This document shows positions 12,201 through 26,084 of a DNA stretch of 64,000 nt, one piece after another. Below the pieces are notes generated by a model. It had not been told where the DNA came from, made no database searches, and worked only from the letters and a program-made list of their open reading frames with translations. The DNA is from Anaeramoeba ignava BMAN. Its lineage: Eukaryota > Protista > Anaeramoebae. The stretch is taken from contig JAPDFW010000136.1 in the NCBI GenBank assembly GCA_028826165.1, positions 620,001 through 684,000 on the forward strand, in the 5' to 3' direction. Position 1 is the first letter of the stretch, and each line of letters starts with the position of its first letter. The translations under genes were made by a program, and so were the position numbers.

Positions 12201-15200
12201 AGGAAAATGTATTTTTTCAATCAAGACAGATTTTTTATCAAAAATCAATAATTTTCTGATAATTGAAAAAATAGCTCGATAGAAAGATGTGGATTCCTTT
12301 TCTGCCAAGTAGGAGTTCATTGCAAGAGAAAAGTCTTCTGCTTGGTGATGCAACTTCTCCTGTTTTCTCTCGTCGGAATCCTCCTCCGCAAAGAGGATAT
12401 TCTCGACATGTTCCGGATCGACGAATCCAAAGTATCCGGTCTTGAGATCCTCAACAAAGTCGGTCAAAACAACTTCGTTTGATTTGTTCCAAATTTTGAG
12501 CGAGAGTTTATCGATGAAGAATTGTGCAGTTTCTTCAGGAAACTTGAGGAAAACATTGATGAAAAGCTCGCCGATGACGGAAGACGAACTCTCTGCATAT
12601 TTGACGAAAAGAAACTGAAGAAGATGGTGCAAGTTGCTTGTGGGATGATTTGGGGATTTTTTGTTTTCGTGAGAGGGTATTTGCGGTTTTGACAACGTGC
12701 TAAATAACTTGAGGCCAGAATGTGGAATAACAAGACTGTCAAAAGAAGTGGACTGAAAAAATTTCCACATATTATCAAGGAAGTTCTCGCGAGAAAGATT
12801 GCGTCGTTGAATCGTCTCGAGAATGCCCTTTTGGTTGTAATACGAAACATAGAAATCGGTGTTATTGTCAAGAATGACGACAGAACACCAGGGAATAAGA
12901 ATATTGAGCAGAGTCTCGTTGTCAATGTTCGGAGACTTGGAAAGCTTGAAAGCGCTGGTGAAAACGCTGGGTGTTTTATCGCGAAGGAAACGGCACGCAA
13001 GACGGGAGATTTCGATGCCGATCTTGCGGAGTTTCTGAAGGGTAGAAGGCATGCAAATTTTTTCGAAAAGCGATTTTATTTCTGCATGAAACGAAATTTG
13101 CGCATCTTTATTATCAACAAGACAAGAGTCTGCGACACGAGAAAAAAGCGAGCATGCTCTTTGGCGTGTTTCCATGAGTGGAGAGGTTATTTTGGCAAGC
13201 GCAAGAAGAAGCAGATACGTGCTGAATTTGTCGAGATTTGTATCAGGATATTTTTCGAATTGGAAACAAATGGCGTAGAAATATTTCTCGGCGGTGTGAG
13301 ACACAAGCCGCGCATTGGGAAGCATGAGAGAATATGCAACAAAGTCTTTCATCAGCAAGGGGAGCTGGTTGTGCAAGAGGAAGCCGAGAACAGGCGATCC
13401 GCAATCCTCCAACTTGAGAAGAAATGGAAAGGGGATCGTGGATTTGTCTTGAAAACAACTGTTGATGGATAGCAATTCAGCGAAGCATTTGCGCGTGACT
13501 TTGTGCAGCGTATCAAGATACTTCGAAATTTGCATCTCTTGCGGGATTGCTTGGTTTGTTGAGACTGATTTTATGCCTGTGGAAATATGGGAAATTCTGT
13601 CGGGTATAGTTTGTTTTGTCAGCGAATAGCAAATGCGCAGGAAGTGGAACAACTCCTGTCGATCCCGTAGCTGGATCCGTGGAGAAAAGTTCTCGACGTG
13701 ATTCTTTTGAAGATTCATGCGAGTGAATATATTTGTTATTAAGAGAACAATATCGATCAAGTGGCTCAAGATCTTCACGGAATGCAAACCTCGAGGAGAG
13801 GAATCCATGCAACTGGCATGAATTCGATGGAAAAGCTGGGTAACACTTTCAGTAGACTGGAAGCGTGCAAACTCAGTATCAAGAACAAGCGGGTCGCTTG
13901 GGGAATAGCTTGTCATATTGACAGTAGGAAAGGGTATTTTTTCTGGATGTTCGGAATTTGCCAATAGGAAAAGGAATTTAAGATGAGCAAACAAAAAGAA
14001 GGATAAAAGATCCAAGAGGGTTTGGGTGGTATCAGCAATGCAGCTGGGCATGATGTTCTGGGCAACAATACGCGCGAAGCTAGAGGATTCTGGGACAAAT
14101 ATCCATGGGGATTTTGCAAGATGATTTCTGTAGACAAAGTCCATCAACGCGCGCATTAAGATGTATATCCCTCTGTAGTGCAGAGAATACCCTGCCAGGA
14201 AAGGAAAGCTTGCTCTGCGGTTTTCGTCCGAAATGAGGAAGTTACTCCACCAATGAAGACCGAGATCGTAGACAGAATTGTCGCTGGGAAGATCGAGATA
14301 ACCTCCGTCGTTCCGGCCTATTTTTTGCTCAGAAAAAAAGCTTCGAGGACATTTGAGCGTCTGGTCAAACCGATCGAGATCAACACGAGAAAGCAGCGAC
14401 CGCATGGGAGGGGATATGTGGATGAGCTCTGCTTTTGTGCCGAGAATGGAAAAATAAAGCGAATATAAATGCGACCAATTGTGATACATCATAGTCGACA
14501 TTTCTTCAGGAACAAAGTCTCGGAATAGCTCCAAGCGGCGGTGGGTCATATTGCGCACGAGATTGCATACATCGAACCATTTGCTCTGAGACACAAAATG
14601 TCCGATTTCGCTGATAAAAAGACTCCACAGTTTCTGTTGATTACTTAGCGCCGCTTTTTCAATTGAAATCAATGGCAAAATTCGACTAAATCCGCTCTTC
14701 ACTTCCCCTCCGTTTCCAAGCTCCAGTATGGCCTTATAACGGACGTTTTGAGAAATCGCGTAGTTGTATTCCTCGAGCAAATCCCCCAAACAAGGAACCT
14801 TTGTTGTTTGTCTCTTAAGAAATGAACTTTTATAACTGACGTTAAGTGACATTTTTTTCGGTTTTTTTTCGTCTGTTTTGGAATTGTCTTTTTCGTTTTC
14901 ATTCTCGTTCACAATTGCGAACGGTGCGTTTTCATTAACATCCAAAACTTCGCGATCCAATTCGTAACTAGACTGGATCACTTGCTGAATGCGTTTGATT
15001 GTTTTCACAATATAAAGGCATTTGTGGCGTATTTCGGGGAAGTATGAACACAAATAAACAAGAGAAATGGCGTCTGCATTTGTGAATATTTTTTTCGACT
15101 GCAGATACGAGTTGATGAGTTCGAATCTGCAGTTCAATTGAAGACACTGTTGGTATATTTCCAGCAACCCGCATAATTGCGAAAACAGTGTATAATTTGC

Positions 15201-18200
15201 TTGCACAACTTGATAGTTTGCCTTGACAATCAGGATCAAAAACTGGTTCAAAATCTCGCAGCTTACTGAAGGTGTGTTTATTGTTTGAACCAAGATTTGC
15301 TGCAGAGAATGCGAGCATTTGATTGCAATTCGTCGGTTCGAATGCAGAACGTTTTTGCCGATAAACTCTGGCACGCTAAGTAGTTTGGATATATTTGATT
15401 CAGGAAGAAGAGGCAGAACATCAAAAATTTCTTGCAATATTTGATTCCAAATCAATTGCGATCGATTCGGGAATTTTGAGTTCTGATCCATCGATATTTT
15501 CTCCAAAGAACGTGTTTTTCTGGTTATTCCAATTTGGGTAAATGAATCAATCGTTTTGAAACTCTCCTCATCCGCAACTCCCCACCACATAGGCACCCTG
15601 CATTGGTCTTGCAACTGTGACCACTCGTTCATCACTTGATAGATTTCTTCTTCGATTTTTTTGCGCAATTTCTCGTTTTCTTGTGTTTTCATCTGCAACT
15701 TTGTTGGCGCTTCAATTTGCTTAGATTTTTCAGGAATAACTGAAAGAAATGAGCTATTTGATATTGTTTCAGTCCATGATCTCGAAAACGAATAAATCTC
15801 ATACTTGTCAAAATATGAAGTGAATTCGTAAATTTTGTTGATATTTGCTGATGTTTCAATTCCTGCGTTTTTTTCGGTAAGAATTAACAAGTCTTTCTTC
15901 AGTGATTTAAACACAATTTCATCCATTTCAGAATATGCTTGCGATAGAAATTGGTATTCGAATGATGAATTCATGTATTTCAAAATGATATCTGTTTTGA
16001 GTATTTTGTAAGCGATTAATCCGACTAAATAGAGTTCTGGTTTTTTCGAAACGTTGAATATTTGGTTGAATATTTCTGGTCCCATTTGGTAGTTGTTTGT
16101 GATAATGAGAACGATGATGTAGGATATTTTTGAGATAACTTGTGGTAATTGAGGTGTATCAAACATTGTTGGGCTGAATAGAGCGATTTGTATTTTTTTG
16201 AGATATTGGTCCATATTTGGGATATCAGCTCTTTTTTGTGGGATGCAAATATCTATATTTTTGAATTGAATTTAAATTGAATTTTAATTGAATTTTTTTG
16301 ATATTTATTTTAAATTAATTTTGAATTGAATTAAATTAAATTGAATTGAATTAAATTGAATTAAATTGAATTAAATTGAATTAAATTGAATTAAATTGAA
16401 TATTAAATTGAATATTGAATCGAATTGGATTGAATATTTTAAATTGAATTGAATTGAATTGAGTTGAATTAAATTGAATTGAATTAAATTGAATTGAATA
16501 TTTTTGATATTTTCATTCATTTTAATTGAAATATTTTAAATTGAATCGAATTGAATTGAATTGAATTGAATTGAATTGAATTTAAATTGAATTTAAATTG
16601 AATTTTAATTGAATTTTTTTGATATTTATTTTAAATTGAATTGAATTGAATTAAATTGAATATATTTGATATTTTGAATTGAATTGAATTAAATTTTAAT
16701 TGAATTGAATATTGAATTGAATTGAATTGAATTGAATTGAATTGAATTGAATTGAATTGAATTGAATTGAATTGAATTGAATTGAATTGAATTGAATTAA
16801 ATTGAATTGAATTGAATTGAATTGAATTGAATTGAATTGAATTGAATTGAATTGAATATTTTTGATATTTTTGATATATTTGATATATTTGAATTGAATT
16901 GAATTGAATTGAATTGAATTGAATTGAATTGAATTGAATTGAATATTTTTGATATTTTCATTCATTTTAATTGAAATATTTTTGATTTTGAATATGCACA
17001 TTCGTTAACTTGTCCAATAAATTCCTTATCTTCTTCCTTTTCTTCTTTTTCTACTTCACTTTCTCTTTCTAACTCTATTTCTACTTCTCCATTTTTTTCC
17101 TCATTTTTTCTCTTAACAATAACTGTAGAAACTCCTCTTAAAAATCTAATTATAGAAGAAAGCATAGCTTTTTTCAAAGGTTCAGCTGTTAAATTTTTGA
17201 GTAATATTCCATCAATAAATTTCCCAACTTTTGAATAGAAAAATTCTGGGAGAGAATGTATTAAGATTGTAGTTAATAATTTATAACAAGAAGTCATAAG
17301 ATCTTTTTTCTTTTTCTTTTTAGTCAGATTAAGTATCATTTTATAAATATTTTTCACAATTTTGAATAAAGTTTGATGAGTATTATTTGAAAAATTAATT
17401 TGTGAAATGACAGATTCAAGTAGTTTAATAATTGATTTCCGAATTGCTGATTTTTTAAAAGAAAAAAGTAATTCTTCATATTTAATAAGAATTGTTGAAA
17501 GATTTGAATCTGAAGCTTGCTAAAATTTATTAAATAAAAAAAAATGGAAAAATATTTAATATTATTATTAATATTAAAAATGGATTTTTTTTTGAAATAA
17601 AATTTATACTTTAAAATTTATATATTGAGCTGCTTTTAAAAAATTTAAAATTTTTTGAGTTGGAAGTTGTTTTTGTTCTTGAATAAATTTAATAAATTTA
17701 TCAGAAATTTGAAGAAATTGAAAAACAGAAATATTATGAATAATAAAGCACCAATTAGAAATTATTTTATTTTCAAAATGCACTCTAAGATCTTCAGGCA
17801 AGTTTCTATTAAATTTTTAATTTTAATTTTAATTTTAATTTTAAATTTGATTTTATAATTTAATTTTTATTTTATAATTTGATTTTAATTTTTATTTTAT
17901 AGTTTGATTTTAATTTTAATTTTGATTTTGAATTTAATTTTAATTTTAATTTTATAATTTGATTTTGATTTTAATTTTGATTTTGAATTTAATTTTAATT
18001 TTAATTTTGATTTAATTTTATAATTTTTATTTGATTTTAATTTTGATTTTAATTTTGATTTTAATTTTGATTTTAATTTTAATTTTAATTTTGATTTTAA
18101 TTTTAATTTTAATTTTGATTTGATTTTATAAATTTGATTTTAATTTATATATTAAGTTGCTTTGTTTAAAAATACACACTTGAAAAGTGATTGCTTAAGA

Positions 18201-18691
18201 AAAAAAATTGATAAATTAATTAATAATTCTCCTGTTTCATTATCTATATTAATTTGATTCTTTTTCACTGTTTGAGTTAATTGGAGTGTAATATCAGAAA
18301 AAATTAAATGAACCAAACAAGTTAACAAATCAACTTGTTTATTAGAAAGATTATCAATCCAAATTTTTTCAAGAAAAGATGTAAAACCATAAGAAAGGAG
18401 CTCTTCTTTTTGTGAAAATGTTGGAACAAAATCACTAATTGTTGAAATTGCAACTGAAAAATTGTTTTTTCCTGTTTCAACAAAACTTTTCGAAAATATT
18501 TTATAAAGAGGTAAATTGTTTGGAAAGTTGAACCAAGTTTTTGATTTAATTTGATCATCATTTTTTTTGCTTTTTTTTTTCTTTTTAGGGGGTTCTTTTA
18601 GTTTTAATTCACAAATTTTTGCTAAATGTGTTTGGAATTGAAGTAACATAGATGATAAAATTGTTTTTATATTAATTGATTTTTTATCCAT
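9244..18691 (-). CDS. FRY: Furry/MOR2/Tao3-like HEAT scaffold with a C-terminal RGS domain (~2740 aa); exons 18691-18180, 17805-17610, 17519-17000, 16252-9244, with two +1 indels (~11403, ~10500)
   Basis: Furry-like motifs (ELYLVGLIAY; ADAISLVYLCS..PEIRHKCL; LFWVSVLLM...FEAAIDIL; WPSYFHGLLPLLVNG). Three GT-AG introns have consistent phases (2, 0, 1). The RGS signature is F..WL..E....F.FY....Y....AQIIFNRFI....ALPLS..R..I....DLFQKA...Y.SFLKS. Confidence 0.82.
16253..16999 (-). repeat. Pentamer (AATTC)n-filled intron 3 of the Furry-like gene
   Basis: (TTGAA)n on the + strand, bounded by donor GTGCAT and acceptor ATATAG. Confidence 0.88.
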
Positions 18692-18819
18692 TTTGATTTT
18701 TGGATTTTTATTTTAAATTTAATTTGCAAAATAAAAATAATAATAAAATAATAAATTTAAAAAAAAAAGAAATAAAAAAAATGAAAAAAAAAAAAATGAG
18801 AAAAATATTTTTTTAATTA

Positions 18820-20650
18820 AAAATTTATTTTAAATTATTTTGATTAAATTTATTTTAGATATTTTGATTATTTTAATTAAATTTATTTTAATTATTTTGA
18901 TTAAATTTATTTTAATTATTTTGATTAAATTTATTTTAATTATTTTGATTAAATTTATTTTGGATATTTTAATTAAATTTATTTTATTTATTTTGATTAA
19001 ATTTATTTTATTTTGGATATTTTAATTAAATTTATTTTAAATATTTTAATTATTTTGATTAAATTTATTTTAAATTATTTTAATTAAATTTATTTTAATT
19101 ATTTTGATTAAATTTATTTTGGATATTTTGATTAGATTTATTTTAAATATTTTGATTAAATTTATTTTAATTATTTTGATTAAATTTATTTTAAATATTT
19201 TGATTAAATTTATTTTGGATATTTTAATTAAATTTATTTTGGATATTTTAATTAAATTTATTTTTGGATATTTTAATTAAATTTATTTTTGGATATTTTT
19301 GATTAAATTTATTTTAATTATTTTGATTAAATTTATTTTAATTATTTTGATTAAATTTATTTTAATTATTTTGATTAAATTTATTTTAATTATTTTGATT
19401 AAATTTATTTTTAATTATTTTTGATTAAATTTATTTTAATTATTTTGATTAAATTTATTTTTGGATATTTTAATTAAATTTATTTTAATTATTTTGATTA
19501 AATTTATTTTAAATTATTTTGATTAAATTTATTTTGGATATTTTAATTAAATTTATTTTTAATTATTTTAATTAAATTTATTTTGGATATTTTGATTAAA
19601 TTTATTTTGGATATTTTGATTAAATTTATTTTGGATATTTTGATTAAATTTATTTTGATTATTTTAATTAAATTTATTTTAATTATTTTGATTAAAAATT
19701 TATTTTAATAATTTGATTAAATTTATTTTGGATATTTTAATTAAATTTATTTTGGATATTTTGATTAGATTTATTTTGGATATTTTGATTAAATTTATTT
19801 TTAAATATTTTTAATTATTTTGATTAGATTTATTTTAATTATTTTGATTAAATTTATTTAAATTATTTTAATTAAATTTATTTTAATTATTTTAATTAAA
19901 TTTATTTTAATTATTTTAATTAAATTTATTTTAATTATTTTAATTAAAATTATTTTAATTATTTTAATTAAAATTATTTTAATTATTTTGATTAAATTTA
20001 TTTTAAATATTTTGATTATTTTGATTAGATTTATTTTAATTATTTTAATTAAATTTATTTTGGATATTTTAATTAGATTTATTTTTGGATATTTTGATTA
20101 AATTTATTTTAATTATTTTGATTAAATTTATTTTAAATATTTTGATTAAATTTATTTTGGATATTTTGATTAAATTTATTTTATTTATTTTATTTATTTT
20201 ATTTAAATTTATTTTGGATATTTTGATTAAATTTATTTTAAATATTTTAATTATTTTGATTAGATTTATTTTGGATATTTTAATTAAATTTATTTTGGAT
20301 ATTTTGATTAAATTTATTTTAATTATTTTAATTAAATTTATTTTAATTATTTTGATTATTTTAATTAAATTTATTTTAATTATTTTAATTAAATTTTTTT
20401 TGATTATTTTAATTATTTTGATTAAATTTATTTTGAATATTTTAATTAAATTTATTTTAAATATTTTAATTAGATTTATTTTAATTATTTTGATTAAATT
20501 TATTTTAATTATTTTGATTATTTTGATTAAATTTATTTTAATTATTTTAATTAGATTTATTTTAAATATTTTGATTAAATTTATTTTAATTATTTTGATT
20601 ATTTTAATTATTTTGATTAAATTTTTAATTAAATTTTTGATTAAATTTTA
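18820..20650. repeat. 1.8-kb degenerate ~24-nt tandem repeat (GATTAAATTTATTTTAATTATTTT) between the divergent Furry-like and HYOU1 genes
   Basis: Seen directly. The ORFs 18840-19025 and 20085-20651 are artefacts of this repeat. Confidence 0.92.
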
Positions 20651-20695
20651 AACAATGACATAATTATTTTTTTTATTGTTTGAAAAAAAAATTTT

Positions 20696-20733
20696 TTTTT
20701 CATTTTTCATTTTTCATTTTTCATTTTTCATTA
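20696..20733 (+). promoter_or_regulatory. Tandem TTTTTCA(T) initiator-like array just upstream of the HYOU1 ATG
   Basis: Five copies of TCATT in T runs, ending about 10 nt before ATG 20744. The same motif precedes most genes in the window. Confidence 0.6.
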
Positions 20734-20743
20734 TTTTTCAAAA

Positions 20744-23700
20744 ATGAAAACTCAAATTTTTATCCTTTTTATCACACTTTATACTTTTATTCCATTAGTC
20801 CAAAGTGCGTTATTAGGAATCGATTTGGGAACAGAATCAATTAAAGTTTCAATTGTTGATTATGGAAGACAAATTGATATTCTTTTGAACGAAAATGCAA
20901 AACGAAAAACATTCAACTCACTTTCCTTCCACAATGGAGAACGAATTATCGGAGATCAAGCACACAAACTAGAATCAAGATTTCCCAAAGAAACCATTCA
21001 CAACTATAAACAATTAATTGGAGTTGAATTTGACGAGAAAACAGCAAATCAAGACCAAAACATGTTCCAGAAAACTGTTGAAGATTTAAGACGCGGAACA
21101 GTTCTATTTGTCCTTTCAGAAACAGGATTTGGATCAGCAATTCACAACAGCACTTTCTATAAATACACAATTGACGAACTAGGATTTTCTTCTGATCACA
21201 TGATCTTTTCCGGCGAGGAAATTTTATCAATGATTTTGAAGCACATTAAAATAAAAGCAGAAGAAATTTATCATCAAAGATTCCGTGATTGTGTCATTTC
21301 AATACCAGCAAATTTTTCACCTTTTCAACGGAAAGCAATACTTGATTCAGCAGATATTGCCGGATTTTCCGTTATTGGATTAATTCCGGATCATCTTGCG
21401 ACATCATTCCATTATCTCTCTGATAAACTCACGCAAATCGACAAATACACAGATTACAACATCGTGTTTCTTGATATCGGCTCAGGCATTTTTTCCGCTT
21501 CAATTGCAACTGTCCGCGCAGAAAGTGTTCCTACTATGATCCAAAATCGCAACAGAACAGTCGGCAAAATCAGAACACGAGGATTTGTTTATTCAAACGA
21601 AGTTAACGGTCGTCTTTTTGACTCTGCAGTCGTTGATTTTCTTGCGACTGAGTTCGATTCACGCCACTTTCAAAAATTGCAAAAATCAATCCGTTCTTCT
21701 CCAAAAGCAATGGCAAAACTTATGGAGAAAGCAAATTACAACAAGCATATTCTTACTGTGAATAATGAAGTCCGTTTTTTCTTTGAAAATTTATTTGAAG
21801 GTCTTGATTTTTCAATCTCAATCACAAGAGAGCAATTTGAATCCATTTGCGCTCCTTTATTCGAGAAAATTTCACCAATTTTGGACCAACTTTTCACAAA
21901 CTCCAAAATGACTATTGAAGATGTTCATTCTATTGAACTTCTTGGCGGAAGTACTCGTTTATTGAAAATACAACAAATATTTGAGTCCTATTTCAAGAAA
22001 ACACCCAGTTTTACTATGAATTCTGATGAATCAATTGCTCTCGGTGCTGGTTTCTATGCCGCCTCAATGAGCTCTCAGTTTCTCACAAAAGAAATCAATG
22101 CTTCAGATCTTGTTCCTTATAATGTTTCCGTTACTTTGATTACCAAAGAGCAAATATATTCTGATTCCCCCCAAGATTACAAGGAAAAATCCCTCTATTC
22201 GACTGATCAATTCCTTTCTGTTCCTCGGAAAATCACTTTGTTGAGAGATGATGATTTTGATCTCGTTTTATCTTATTTTGATCAATCCAAAAATGAAGAT
22301 GTTAAGTATCAAAGAATTTCATTCAGGAATATTCCGGAATTACTTCGAAATGCAAGTTATGATCCCGAGAATACAAGTTCATCAATAATTTTGAATTTTC
22401 AATATAATAAGAATGGGATTGTTAATTTAGAAAATGCAGTTGTTACATTTCCATATATTTTAGAAGTAAAACAAGAAGAATCAAATGAATTAAAAGAAGA
22501 ATCAAATGAATCAAATGAATTAAATGAAGAATCAAAAGAAGAATTAAAAGAAGAATCAAATGAAGAATCAAATAATGAATCAAATGAAGAATTAAATGAA
22601 GAATTAAATGAAATCAATGAAAAAATTGAACAAGAAAAAAAAGAAAGAGAAAAATTCTTCGCAAAATTTAATATAATAGACTACAACGAAACTCGTATTG
22701 TATCTTTAATGCCAATTGCTTCTTTTGAAGAGCTCGGAATCCCAAAAGTTAATGAAAAAGAAAAAAAAGGAATGTTGAATAGAGTCAAGCTTTTTGAAAC
22801 AAGAGAAAAAGAAGAAAGAAAAAGAAACGAAGCAAAAAACAATCTTGAAACTGAAATTTATTCATTAAGAGAAAAAATCGAATATGATTTCAAAGAGGAA
22901 TTTGAGAAATTTTCAACACAAAAAGAAAGAAACAGTTTATCAAAAATAATGGAAGAAGTATCAAATTGGCTTGAAAATGAAGGAATGAATCCAGAAACAC
23001 AAACAAAAGAATACATTTCACATCTTGAAAAAATCCAAGAACCAAGTCGAGAAATATTTGACCGAATTGAAGAATATAAGAAAAGACCAGAAGCAATAGC
23101 TTTACTTAAAAACACAATTGAAAAAATAAGAACAGGAATTCAAAATATCGAAAAAGAAAAGGAATGGATCACAAAATCGGAACGAGATCAAGTTTTGGAG
23201 AAATCCAATAAAGTTGAAAAATGGCTTGAAAAAAATATCAAAAAGCAAAATTCTAAAAAATTATATGAAAATCCAGCAGTTTTAGTGAGTAAAATTGAGA
23301 GAAAAGAACGTGAAATTCTCTATTCTTTTGACTTTCTAATGAGAAAACCAAAACCAAGACCAACTCCAACAATGAAACCTTCACCAAAACCAGATTTGAA
23401 TAAATATTTGAATGATCTTATGGGAAATGATTCAAGAAATTTTACAGATGAAGAATTAAGGCAATTTTTCAAAGATTATTCCAAAAATGATTTACAAGAT
23501 ATTTTAAAAGAATATATAAAAGAACAAGAATTAAAGAATGAAACAAAAGATTCAAATTCTAATTCAAATTCAAATGATTCAAATTCAAATTCAAATTCAA
23601 ATTCAGATTCTAATGATAATTCAAATTCAAACGATAATTCTAATGATGATTTAGATTCTAATTCAGATTCAAATTCAAATTCAAATGATAATTCAAATTC

Positions 23701-23849
23701 AAATTCAAATGATAATTCAAATTCTAATGATAATTCTAATTCAAATGATAATTCAAATTCAAATGATAATTCAAATTCAAATTCAAATTCAAATTCTAAA
23801 ATGATCAAATTCAAATGATCCAAAAAATCAAGACATAAAAGAACTTTAA
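20744..23849 (+). CDS. HYOU1: ER Hsp70-family nucleotide exchange factor HYOU1/Grp170/Lhs1, intronless; the true end is probably ...DIKEL* at 23849 via an indel near 23800
   Basis: Signal peptide; LGIDLGTESIKV; IELLGGSTR; MNSDESIALGA; EAKNNLETEIY. An xxEL terminus lies in the +1 frame. Confidence 0.92.
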
Positions 23850-24118
23850 ATTCCTTTTTCCTTCAATTTTTTTTTGAAAACAAAAACAAAAACAAGTAGA
23901 TTTTCTTTTTTGATTAAGTTTTCATTACTTCTTCTTTTTTTTTTTTTCTTTTTCAGAAAGAAAAACTAAAATCGGAAAAAATGAACTTCTTTTCAAAAAA
24001 AAACCAAAAAAATAATTTTTTTATTTCTTTAATTTTTAATTCTTTTTTTTTCTTTTAATAAAAAAAAAAGAAGATCAAAAAAGATCAAAAAAAAAGAAAA
24101 ATAACAAATCAAAAATGT

Positions 24119-24691
24119 TCACAAAATTAAACATCTTTTCTTCTTTTTTTTTTTAATATTTTTAGAATCACTAAATTCAGGAAATTTTTGATTTCGAATC
24201 ATTCTAGCGATAGAAAAAAAGATTTCATCAACATTATAACGAGTTTTAGCAGAAGTTTCAAAGAAAGGAGTTTGAAAACTTTTTGCCAAATCTTGAGCTT
24301 CTGAAAGATGAACTTTGCGTTGTTTTTCCAAATCGGATTTATTACCGACAATAACAATAGGAACATTAGAAGTTTCTTCTTTTATCATAAGAATTTTACT
24401 ACGAATTTTAGGAATTTCAGAGAAAGAAGCGAAATCAATAATAGAATAAATAAGTAAAAAGCCATCTCCTTTTCTTAAATGAGTATCGTTGACGATAGAA
24501 AACTCTTCCTGACCGGCTGTATCAAGAATGTGAAGCATCCACACTTTCTCATCAATTTTTACTTGTCTTCTAAATGAATCTTCTATTGTTGGTTCATAAT
24601 CAGCTAGAAATTTGGAATGCACAAATTGTACTGTTAATGCTGATTTTCCAACTCCTCCTCCTCCTACTACAGCTATTTTAAGATCGCTCAT
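24119..24691 (-). CDS. Ras-family small GTPase, intronless
   Basis: GGGGVGKS, YEPTIEDSF, DTAGQEE, NKSD, ETSAK, a polybasic tract and CaaX CLIL. The start is ATG 24691 (MSDLK). Confidence 0.95.
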   Translation of the reverse strand: MSDLKIAVVGGGGVGKSALTVQFVHSKFLADYEPTIEDSFRRQVKIDEKVWMLHILDTAGQEEFSIVNDTHLRKGDGFLLIYSIIDFASFSEIPKIRSKILMIKEETSNVPIVIVGNKSDLEKQRKVHLSEAQDLAKSFQTPFFETSAKTRYNVDEIFFSIARMIRNQKFPEFSDSKNIKKKKKKRCLIL

Positions 24692-24869
24692 TTTTTTTTT
24701 TATTCTTCTTATTTGCAAAAATGATAAAAAAAATGAAATTTTTTAAATTGAAAAAAAAATAATTTTGTTTATTTTTTTTTGTGTTCTCAATTTTTTAAAA
24801 ATTAATCTAAATAAACTAATAAACAAATAAATCAACAAATATTAATTAATCTAAATAAAATAAATCAAA

Positions 24870-25910
24870 TAAAAAATGGAATAAATATTAATTAATCTAA
24901 ATAAAAAAATGGAATAAATATTAATTAATTAAATTAAAAATGGAATAAATATTAATTAAATAAAAAATGGAATAAATATTAATTAAATAAAATAAAAAAA
25001 TGGAATAAATATTAATTAAATAAATAAAAATGGAATAAATATTAATCAAATAAATAAAATAAATAAAAATGGAATAAATATTAATCAAATAAATAAAATA
25101 AATAAAAATGGAATAAATATTAATCAATCTAAATAAAAATGGAATAAATATTAATCCAAATAAAAATGGAATAAATATTAATTAAATAAAAATGGAATAA
25201 ATATTAATTAAATAAAAAATGGAATAAATATTAATTAAATAAAAAAATGGAATAAATATTAATCAAATAAAAAAATGGAATAAATATTAATTAAATAAAA
25301 AAATGGAATAAATATTAATCAAATAAAAATGGAATAAATATTAATCCAAATAAAAATGGAATAAATATTAATTAATTAAATAAAAATGGAATAAATATTA
25401 ATTAAATAAAAATGGAATAAATATTAATAAAAATAAAAATAGAATAAATATTAATTAAATAAAAATGGAATAAATATTAATTAATTGAATAAAAATGGAA
25501 TAAATATTAATTAAATAAAAAATGGAATAAATATTAATCTAAATAAAAAAATGGAATAAATATTAATGTTTTTAAAAATGGAATAAATATTAATCAAATT
25601 AAATAAAAATGGAATAAATATCAAATAAAAATGGAATAAATATTAATTAATTAAATAAAAAATGGAATAAATATTAATCCAAATAAAAAATGGAATAAAT
25701 ATTAATTAAATAAAAAATGGAATAAATATTAATCAAATAAAAAAATGGAATAAATATTAATCAAATAAAAAAATGGAATAAATATTAATTAATTAAATAA
25801 AAAATGGAATAAATATTAATCAAATAAAAAAATGGAATAAATATTAATTAAATAAAAAAATGGAATAAATATTAATTAAATAAATAAAAAATGGAATAAA
25901 TATTAATTAG
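24870..25910. repeat. ~26-nt tandem repeat (AAAAATGGAATAAATATTAATTAAAT) between the divergent Ras and PAS genes
   Basis: Seen directly, several dozen copies. Confidence 0.92.
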
Positions 25911-26084
25911 ATAAAGATTAATTTAATAAAATCAAGAAAAGAAAAAATGATCAAAATTGTTTTTTTTTGTGAATTTTTTTTTCATTTTTTTTTTTTCATT
26001 TTTTTTTTCACATTCTTTTATTCAAATTTCTAAATTCTTTACTTAAATAATTTAACTTAAAAATTTGATTTTGTTTTTTAATAA

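Noticed and set aside
12720-13472. 250-aa antisense ORF and other overlapping ORFs inside the Furry-like gene
   Set aside because: Expected in a GC-richer exon with fewer antisense stops; no recognisable motifs and no promoter array.
18820-20660. The satellite as a 5' UTR intron of the Furry-like gene (G-free on minus, with GTTTAA at its edge)
   Set aside because: There is no AG acceptor between the array and the ATG at 18691, and an Inr-like array lies gene-proximal to the repeat.
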